Below, one piece after another: positions 34,733-44,763 of a DNA stretch of 44,763 bases. The DNA lies in NCBI GenBank assembly GCA_040379745.1, contig JBEIKL010000002.1, forward strand, positions 1 to 44,763, in the 5' to 3' direction. The DNA comes from Bdellovibrionales bacterium. Lineage in GTDB: Bacteria; Bdellovibrionota; UBA1018; CAIMNF01. Made by a program: the position numbers and the translations under genes. Within the stretch, counting starts at the first letter, position 1. Every line of letters starts with the position of its first letter. The notes beneath the pieces were generated by a model, which was not told the DNA's origin, did no database searches, and saw only the letters and a list, made by a program, of their open reading frames with translations.

Positions 34733-34762
34733 TTATATAAACAAGACCAATGGAGGTCCATC

Positions 34763-35299
34763 ATGAAAACAAATCTGGCATTGATTGCATTGCTCACTCT
34801 CGCGTTCACCAACCATTCCCAGGCAGCAGGCGCAAAGTCGGCTCCTTCCATTCTTCCGCCTTCGTTTACCGGCGCATCTGTCGGTGGTGGATCGGATGGC
34901 TGCGGACTGGGGTGGCAAATCACCGATAAGAAAACCATGCTTGGTACCAGCACACGAGCGACCACCAATGGTTTTGTTCCTCCGACCTTCGGAATGACCT
35001 CAGGAACCATCGGCTGCGACCAGCACGATATCGCCAAGAAAGAACAGAAAGCAGCGACTTACGTCGTGGCGAACTACCAAACCCTTTCCAACGAATTGGC
35101 ACAAGGCTCGGGCGAGACCGTTCAAGGTCTTGCGTTCGTGATGGGATGCTCGTCCTCCTCAACCGAACTGGGACGCGCTCTCCAGAGCAATTACGGAAAA
35201 ATCGGATCTGCTCAAAACGGAGTCGAACTCTATCGCGGAGTTCGTCAGATTATCTCCACGGATTCTTCGCTGTCCGGCCAATGCGCGGTTCTGAACTGA
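34763..35299 (+). CDS. DUF3015 family secreted protein
   Basis: Signal peptide MKTNLALIALLTLAFTNHSQA. The GSDGCGLGW motif is recalled as characteristic of DUF3015. Confidence 0.8.
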   Translation: MKTNLALIALLTLAFTNHSQAAGAKSAPSILPPSFTGASVGGGSDGCGLGWQITDKKTMLGTSTRATTNGFVPPTFGMTSGTIGCDQHDIAKKEQKAATYVVANYQTLSNELAQGSGETVQGLAFVMGCSSSSTELGRALQSNYGKIGSAQNGVELYRGVRQIISTDSSLSGQCAVLN

Positions 35300-36147
35300 A
35301 TTCCAACCACTTGAAAAAACGGGCATGGAATCTTTCCATGCTCGTTTTTCTTTTTTTCACCAGCTCCTGCTCCAGTCTTTATTATCAACCCGATCGTATT
35401 CTCTATTCCCGGCCGGAACAGTTCACTCAGGCCCTCTCGATCCAAGACCATTCTTTTCTCTCCACCGATCAGAAAACCAAACTCAAGGGCTGGTGGATTT
35501 TACCCAAAGGGAAGCCCAAAGGGACCATTGTTCAGTTCCACGGGAATGCGGAAAACAGGAGCAGTCACGTTCATTTTCTTACCTGGCTTCTCCGCGAAGG
35601 TTATGCGATCTGGACCTGGGATTACCGTGGTTATGGCGGCTCAGAAGGCGATCCCGACCCACAAGGCGTGATCGATGATGGTGTAGCTGCGCTGGATTTC
35701 GCCTACCAGCACCGGCAGGGCACGCGATTTATCGTCTGGGGGCAAAGCCTCGGTGGAGCCGTCGCACCGCGATCGATCCTGAAATTCGAACATCGCCATA
35801 AAATCGATCTATTGATCCTCGATTCGACTTTTTCGAGCTACAAAACCGTGGCTCGTCAGCTTTTTTCAAAACAGTGGTATTCGTGGCCGTTTCAGTGGAT
35901 CGCCTGGCTGGTGGCTTCGGATGCGGGTGAACCCAGTGAAGCACTCAGGGATTTTCAGGGAAGATCTCTTGTTCTTCATGATCGACGGGACCCGGTCATC
36001 GCATTCGAATCCGGTGAGATGGTTTATCGCCTTCTGAACGAGAAAAAAGAATTCTGGGATTTCAACGATGGAACCCATCTGGGTTCGATCAGCGATCGAC
36101 AGCCCGAACGACAGAAGCGCATGATGACACTTCTCGATTCGCTCTGA
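35281..36147 (+). CDS. alpha/beta hydrolase, probable lipoprotein
   Basis: HGNAENRSSH, nucleophile elbow GQSLGG, and later Asp (HDRRDPV) and His (NDGTHLG). Lipobox-like LFFTSSC. Start at ATG 35281 (overlaps the DUF3015 end by 19 nt) or ATG 35338. Confidence 0.85.
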   Translation: MRGSELNSNHLKKRAWNLSMLVFLFFTSSCSSLYYQPDRILYSRPEQFTQALSIQDHSFLSTDQKTKLKGWWILPKGKPKGTIVQFHGNAENRSSHVHFLTWLLREGYAIWTWDYRGYGGSEGDPDPQGVIDDGVAALDFAYQHRQGTRFIVWGQSLGGAVAPRSILKFEHRHKIDLLILDSTFSSYKTVARQLFSKQWYSWPFQWIAWLVASDAGEPSEALRDFQGRSLVLHDRRDPVIAFESGEMVYRLLNEKKEFWDFNDGTHLGSISDRQPERQKRMMTLLDSL

Positions 36148-36219
36148 ACCAAGAGCATCCTGGAAACGATTTTTGAGTTTCTGCCTTTCCTTGCTCGTCA
36201 GCAAAAGTATCTTGGTTCA
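36145..36219. repeat. 9-bp inverted repeat enclosing two small hairpins, bridging two convergent stop codons
   Basis: TGAACCAAG (36145-36153) with CTTGGTTCA (36211-36219). Inside are GAAAC/GTTTC (36163-36167 with 36177-36181) and TTGCT/AGCAA (36191-36195 with 36200-36204). No U-tract. Confidence 0.6.
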
Positions 36220-36222
36220 ACT

Positions 36223-36414
36223 TCAGAGGGTCTCCTGCTCACCGCACTTCCACACCAATCGCCCTAGTGATGGGTGCGCAAGTGAACGGTTGCCACCATG
36301 GCATCCAACCAGTGCTTTCATGCACAAGGGATTCCTGGCATGAAGGGCCTTGGTCCCCATGGCCTTGACCATGACTACAGCGATTTTGCGGATAACCTGA
36401 ATGAGTGCTTTCAT
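36223..36414 (-). CDS. hypothetical small protein (63 aa), low confidence
   Basis: AAAGGTGA SD 6 nt upstream of ATG 36414: MKALIQVIRKIAVVMVKAMGTKALHARNPLCMKALVGCHGGNRSLAHPSLGRLVWKCGEQETL. The second half uses several rarer codons (agg, cta, cga). Other frames on both strands are also open. Confidence 0.35.
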   Translation of the reverse strand: MKALIQVIRKIAVVMVKAMGTKALHARNPLCMKALVGCHGGNRSLAHPSLGRLVWKCGEQETL

Positions 36415-36610
36415 GATTTTCACCTTTCTCAATGATTTTGATGGAGAGTCGGCTCATCAGCGAACCGACTTCGCTCGCACAATGAGCAAGATGAGGGCCA
36501 AGGCCCAAATGAAATAAGATTGATATAAAAATTCAGAGTGTGGGTGAACGCCTACAGGAGTGAGAAAAAAACATGGTAGCCGATTCCCATCTCACCAATT
36601 TTGAGAGGGG

Positions 36611-36650
36611 TAAAAACAAAAAAAGGATCCAAGTAAACTTGGATCCTTTT
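36611..36650 (-). terminator. rho-independent terminator after tRNA-Val
   Basis: GGATCCAAG (36625-36633) with CTTGGATCC (36638-36646). On the minus strand it is followed by TTTTTTTGTTTTT. Confidence 0.85.
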
Positions 36651-36657
36651 GAAACTT

Positions 36658-36733
36658 TGGTGGGCGATGAGAGGCTCGAACTCCCGACCTTGACGGTGTA
36701 AACATCCTGCTCTACCAACTGAGCTAATCGCCC
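36658..36733 (-). tRNA. tRNA-Val (anticodon UAC), CCA encoded
   Basis: Reverse complement: GGGCGATTAGCTCAGTTGGTAGAGCAGGATGTTTACACCGTCAAGGTCGGGAGTTCGAGCCTCTCATCGCCCACCA. It folds into a 7-bp acceptor, a GCTC/GAGC D-stem, an anticodon loop TTTACAC and a T-loop TTCGAGC. Confidence 0.95.
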
Positions 36734-36744
36734 GAATAAATTCG

Positions 36745-36773
36745 ATTTGATTTTTATACTGATTACGGTCCAA
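36745..36773 (-). promoter_or_regulatory. candidate tRNA-Val promoter TTGGAC-17 nt-TCAAAT
   Basis: Minus strand: -35 at 36773-36768 and -10 at 36750-36745, which is 11 nt before the mature tRNA 5' end. Confidence 0.35.
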
Positions 36774-36801
36774 AAAATCCACTTAAAACTTGAGGATGGC
36801 A

Positions 36802-36842
36802 CAAAAAAATGAAGGGAGTTAGTGAACCACTAACTCCCTTGA
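36802..36842 (-). terminator. rho-independent terminator after rpoC
   Basis: A 13-bp perfect stem, AAGGGAGTTAGTG (36812-36824) with CACTAACTCCCTT (36828-36840). On the minus strand it is followed by CATTTTTTTG. Confidence 0.9.
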
Positions 36843-36866
36843 ATCATTTTGATTTTTCAGCGTCGA

Positions 36867-41006
<4,140 letters not shown>

Positions 41007-41027
41007 GTCGTTTTCCTCAGTTATGAA

Positions 41028-44000
41028 TTAAAGCAAGTCCGCTTTCAGTTCTTTGTCTTCTTCTTCTTCGATCAACTCAACGTTGAGTGCGAGAGATTGC
41101 AACTCTTTCACCAATACGTTGAAGGATTCAGGGAGACCCGGCTCAAGGAGCTGCTCACCCTTCACAATCGCTTCATACATACGGTTACGGCCAGTCACAT
41201 CATCCGACTTCACGGTGAGGAACTCTTGGAGGGCGTATGCGGCACCATAGGCTTCAAGTGCCCACACTTCCATCTCTCCGAGACGCTGACCACCGAATTG
41301 AGCCTTACCGCCGAGTGGCTGTTGAGTCACCAAGCTGTATGGACCAATGCTACGTGCGTGAATCTTCTCTTCAACCAAGTGGTGAAGTTTGAGAATGTAC
41401 ATCACACCGATGGTCACTTCCTCTGCGAACGGTTCGCCGGTCACGCCGTCATAGAGAGTGGTTTTTCCGAGTTCCGGAAGATCGGCAAGTTTCAACATCT
41501 TGTTGATATCCACTTCACCCGCTCCGTCGAATACCGGAGACGCGAAGTGAACACCGTCTTTCAAGTGAGTTGCCATCTTGACCACATCTTCATCAGATGC
41601 CTTCGCCAGATAGTCGTGAACCGACTTCTCAGGGTAAACATCCTTCAGAAGCTTACGGACATTCTCAGGCTTGTACTGCTCGAGGTATTCGGTGATCTTG
41701 TCGCCGAGACCTTTTGCCGCCCAACCGAGTGTAACTTCGAGAAGCTGACCGATGTTCATCCGCGACGGAACCCCGAGAGGGTTCAAGACGACGTCTACTG
41801 GACGACCATCCGCTGTGAACGGCATGTCTTCCATCGGCATGATCCGGGAAATAACCCCTTTGTTACCGTGGCGACCCGCCATCTTGTCACCGACTTGAAG
41901 CTTACGCTTGATCGCGATCTGAACTTTCACCATCTTGATCACGCCTGGAGCAAGTTCGTCACCGCGTTTGATTTTCTCGATCTTTTCCTTGAATACGAAA
42001 CGAACGGATTCGATACGGTTCTTGGAGCCTTTGACGATCTTGGTGATTTCCTGCTCGAGTTCGCTCTTCACTGGAATGAAGCCGAGGAGTTCGAACGGAA
42101 CTTTCTCGATGGTTTCGAGATCGAGCTTTTGTCCTTTGGAAAGGAGCTCTTCGGAACCGTCTTCAGAGAGGAGTTTACCGGTAGTGGAAGCACCATTGAG
42201 GATCTTCGCTACGCGCTCGTAAACGGTGCGTTTGATCGCATCGATTTCGATTTTCTCGTCACGGCGGATTTTAGCAATCGCCTCTTCGAGGATCTGCTTG
42301 GAGCGCTCGTCGTGTTCCGTACCTTCACGCGCAAATACTTGAGCGTTGATGATGGTACCGTAAACGCCGGATGGAGCACGGAGAGAAGAGTCACGGACAT
42401 CGCCGGCTTTCTCACCGAAGATCGCGCGGAGGAGTTTCTCTTCCGGTGAAAGTTGAGTTTCACCTTTTGGAGTCACTTTACCAACGAGGATATCGCCTGG
42501 CTTCACTTCCGCACCGATGCGGATGATACCACTCTCATCGATGTCTTTGAGGGCTTCTTCACCAACGTTTGGAATATCGCGGGTGATTTCTTCTTTACCG
42601 AGTTTGGTATCACGAGCCACACACTCGAACTCTTCGATATGTACGGATGTGAATACGTCGTCTTTGATCACGCGTTCAGAGATCAGGATGGAGTCCTCGA
42701 AGTTGTAACCGCCCCATGGCATGAACGCCACGAGCATGTTCTGTCCGAGAGCCAATTCACCTGCGTCCGTAGAAGGACCGTCTGCAAGCACGTCACCCGA
42801 TTTTACTTTGTCGCCTACACGAACCACGACACGCTGATTGATACAGGTGTTCTGGTTGGAGCGCATGTACTTGGTGAGGTTATAGATGTCTACGCCGGAT
42901 TCTTCATCCATGACGTCATCGGTGCGACGAACCACGATCTTGCCACCGTCAACCATGATGACTTCACCATCATGCTTGGCAGCGATCAAGTGACCGGAGT
43001 CACGGGCAACAATGCGCTCAATACCGGTTCCGATGAACGGAGCCTTGGAGCGAAGCAGAGGTACCGCTTGGCGTTGCATGTTCGATCCCATCAATGCACG
43101 GTTCGCATCGTCGTGCTCGAGGAATGGAATCAGGGATGCAGCGATGGAAACCAACTGACTGGATGATACGTCCATCAACTCGATGTCGTCTGGATTCACA
43201 AGGGCGAATTCACCCTTACGACGTGCAGCTGCAGCATCGCCTTCGAACTTTTTCTTGTTCAAGGCATCTGCGTTTGCTTGAGCGATGACTCGGTTTTCTT
43301 CTTCGGTTGCATTGAAGAACTGGATCTCATCCGTTACTTTTCTTTCCTTGATCACGCGGTACGGAGTCTCAATGAATCCGAACTCGTTGACACGGGCAAA
43401 AGTAGAGAGAGACGCGATCAAACCAATGTTTGGTCCTTCGGGAGTCTCAATCGGACAAATACGACCGTAGTGGGTGTTGTGAACGTCGCGGACTTCGAAG
43501 CCTGCGCGATCGCGCGTCAAACCACCGGGCCCGAGGGCAGAAAGACGACGTTTGTGCGTCACTTCTGACAATGGGTTGGTCTGATCCATGAACTGAGAGA
43601 GCTGGCTTGAACCAAAGAACTCTTTCACCACGGCAGAAACCGGCTTCTGATTGATCAAGTCGTGTGGCATGAGAGTTTCAATTTCTTGAATACTCATGCG
43701 CTCTTTCACGGCACGTTCCATACGAACGAGACCGATGCGGAATTGGTTTTCGACCAATTCACCCACAGCACGGACACGACGGTTACCAAGGTTGTCGATA
43801 TCGTCGATGGTTCCACGGCTATTGTTCAACTCACAGAGATAGAACAAGGCACTAAGAATGTCTTCTTTGGTGAGAGTGGTGGACTCACGGCTGTTTTTAT
43901 TCTCAGGGAACTTGTAGTTCAACTTCAAACGTCCAACCAGTGACAGGTCGTAACGATCAGCATTGAAGAAAAGGTTCTCAAACAATGCTTTCGCCGCATC

Positions 44001-44763
44001 GAGTGTTGGAGGATCACCTGGACGCATTCTCTTGTAGATATCAAGCAATGCTTCTTCTGGGTTGTTAATCTTATCTACGGTCAAAGTCTCACGAACATAA
44101 GGACCATAGGTCAGGTTGTCTGTGAAGATGACCTTGATCTCTTTGATTTTGCGAGCAATGAGATCCTTGAGTTTGGATTCGGATACTTCTTCGTTTGCTT
44201 CAAAAATAACTTCACCGGTTTTGTTATCGATGAGGTCTTCAGAAGCCACACGACCGATTACCGCTTCTTGAGCGACTTCAAGGCGCTTAATGCCGGCATC
44301 TTCGACTTTTTTCAGAACTGCTTTAGTGAACTTACGGTTCTTCTTAACGATGACTTCCTTGGTTTTAGGGTCAACAATATCGTCTTCTGCGCGCTGACCA
44401 GCAAGAATGTCCATATCCACCACTTTGAAGTATTTGGTGGTTTTGCCATCGTTCTCGATTTGGATCTTCTCGATTTTGTAGAAGTAATTGAGAATTTCCA
44501 CGACGCTCATATTGAGCGCCTTCAAAAGTGTGGTCGCTGGCAATTTGCGCTTGCGATCGATACGAGCGTAAAGAAGGTCTTTGTGGTCGAATTCGAAATC
44601 GAGCCAAGATCCACGGTGTGGAATCACACGTGCAGAGTAAAGAATTTTGCCGGAAGAGTGCGTCTTACCGTGATCGTGGGTGAAAATCACACCCGGTGAA
44701 CGGTGCAATTGGGAAACGATTACCCGTTCGGTTCCGTTGATGATGAAGGATCCGGATTCGGTC
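41028..44763 (-). CDS. rpoB: DNA-directed RNA polymerase subunit beta (partial, N-terminus beyond window edge)
   Basis: The reading frame stays open to the window end. [39 protein letters not shown] corresponds to an internal RpoB region. Contains [17 protein letters not shown] and ends 21 nt upstream of rpoC. Confidence 0.97.
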   Translation of the reverse strand, partial: TESGSFIINGTERVIVSQLHRSPGVIFTHDHGKTHSSGKILYSARVIPHRGSWLDFEFDHKDLLYARIDRKRKLPATTLLKALNMSVVEILNYFYKIEKIQIENDGKTTKYFKVVDMDILAGQRAEDDIVDPKTKEVIVKKNRKFTKAVLKKVEDAGIKRLEVAQEAVIGRVASEDLIDNKTGEVIFEANEEVSESKLKDLIARKIKEIKVIFTDNLTYGPYVRETLTVDKINNPEEALLDIYKRMRPGDPPTLDAAKALFENLFFNADRYDLSLVGRLKLNYKFPENKNSRESTTLTKEDILSALFYLCELNNSRGTIDDIDNLGNRRVRAVGELVENQFRIGLVRMERAVKERMSIQEIETLMPHDLINQKPVSAVVKEFFGSSQLSQFMDQTNPLSEVTHKRRLSALGPGGLTRDRAGFEVRDVHNTHYGRICPIETPEGPNIGLIASLSTFARVNEFGFIETPYRVIKERKVTDEIQFFNATEEENRVIAQANADALNKKKFEGDAAAARRKGEFALVNPDDIELMDVSSSQLVSIAASLIPFLEHDDANRALMGSNMQRQAVPLLRSKAPFIGTGIERIVARDSGHLIAAKHDGEVIMVDGGKIVVRRTDDVMDEESGVDIYNLTKYMRSNQNTCINQRVVVRVGDKVKSGDVLADGPSTDAGELALGQNMLVAFMPWGGYNFEDSILISERVIKDDVFTSVHIEEFECVARDTKLGKEEITRDIPNVGEEALKDIDESGIIRIGAEVKPGDILVGKVTPKGETQLSPEEKLLRAIFGEKAGDVRDSSLRAPSGVYGTIINAQVFAREGTEHDERSKQILEEAIAKIRRDEKIEIDAIKRTVYERVAKILNGASTTGKLLSEDGSEELLSKGQKLDLETIEKVPFELLGFIPVKSELEQEITKIVKGSKNRIESVRFVFKEKIEKIKRGDELAPGVIKMVKVQIAIKRKLQVGDKMAGRHGNKGVISRIMPMEDMPFTADGRPVDVVLNPLGVPSRMNIGQLLEVTLGWAAKGLGDKITEYLEQYKPENVRKLLKDVYPEKSVHDYLAKASDEDVVKMATHLKDGVHFASPVFDGAGEVDINKMLKLADLPELGKTTLYDGVTGEPFAEEVTIGVMYILKLHHLVEEKIHARSIGPYSLVTQQPLGGKAQFGGQRLGEMEVWALEAYGAAYALQEFLTVKSDDVTGRNRMYEAIVKGEQLLEPGLPESFNVLVKELQSLALNVELIEEEEDKELKADLL

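Noticed and set aside
36292-36301. GCCACCATGG, a perfect eukaryotic Kozak/NcoI context, at the start of the plus-strand 45-codon ORF.
   Set aside because: It has no meaning in a bacterial context and there is no other sign of engineered sequence. Most likely chance.
36194-36460. Hammerhead-ribozyme-like core heptamers on the minus strand: CUGACGAG (plus 36194-36201), followed by ...GAAAC, and CUGAUGAG (plus 36453-36460).
   Set aside because: After CUGANGA no stem II can form: the following GCAAGGAAAGGCA is all purine-rich with no complement. Stem III would be only 2 bp, and the second copy lacks a properly placed GAAA. CUGANGA is expected by chance about 20 times in a window of this size.
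36533-36802. 89-aa and 76-aa ORFs covering the tRNA-Val gene.
   Set aside because: They overlap a canonical tRNA and its terminator, so they are spurious.

Overview
Densely coding 44.8-kb chromosomal window, mostly core housekeeping genes. All calls come from reading the supplied translations and DNA by eye; no searches were run.

Layout:
- Right end (minus strand): rpoB (5' end cut by the window edge) and rpoC, followed by a self-contained tRNA-Val(UAC) unit.
- Centre (minus strand): a long co-directional string rpsB-tsf | pyrH-frr | uppS-cdsA-rseP-tsaB-pssA-(738-aa outer-membrane protein)-truA-tig. This is the classical rpsB...rseP neighbourhood, but without dxr and with the bamA position taken by other genes.
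- Plus-strand blocks: TRAP transporter dctPQM; an ABC-2 exporter (ATPase plus two permeases) preceded by an orphan secreted protein; a sensor-less sigma-54 activator with a lysine-rich partner protein; a CBS/receiver-like protein; DUF4105, DUF3015 and alpha/beta-hydrolase envelope genes.
- Left end: YiiX-like amidase, glutathione peroxidase, two HD-domain proteins, YgfZ, and a 973-aa peptidase-MA/PD40/Omp85-like fusion.

The many secreted and outer-membrane proteins and the DUF3015/DUF4105 families suggest a Bdellovibrio-like or other delta-proteobacterial lineage. That is only a guess.

I found no CRISPR array, transposase, integrase, phage gene, rRNA or recognisable defence system, and I cannot point to a clearly novel multi-gene system.

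The most unusual items:
1. A receiver-less sigma-54 enhancer-binding protein. It is transcribed from a near-consensus promoter that abuts its ATG (apparently leaderless) and is co-transcribed with a histone-H1-like Lys/Ala/Pro-rich protein.
2. An Omp85-type barrel fused to an HExxH peptidase and a PD40 propeller.
3. A large outer-membrane protein with an internal CFIATAAY module, embedded in the housekeeping operon.
4. A roughly 210-nt structured rpsB leader.
5. An orphan 0.5-kb locus next to tRNA-Val, with a strong-SD small ORF, an in-frame 12-nt duplication and alternative hairpins.
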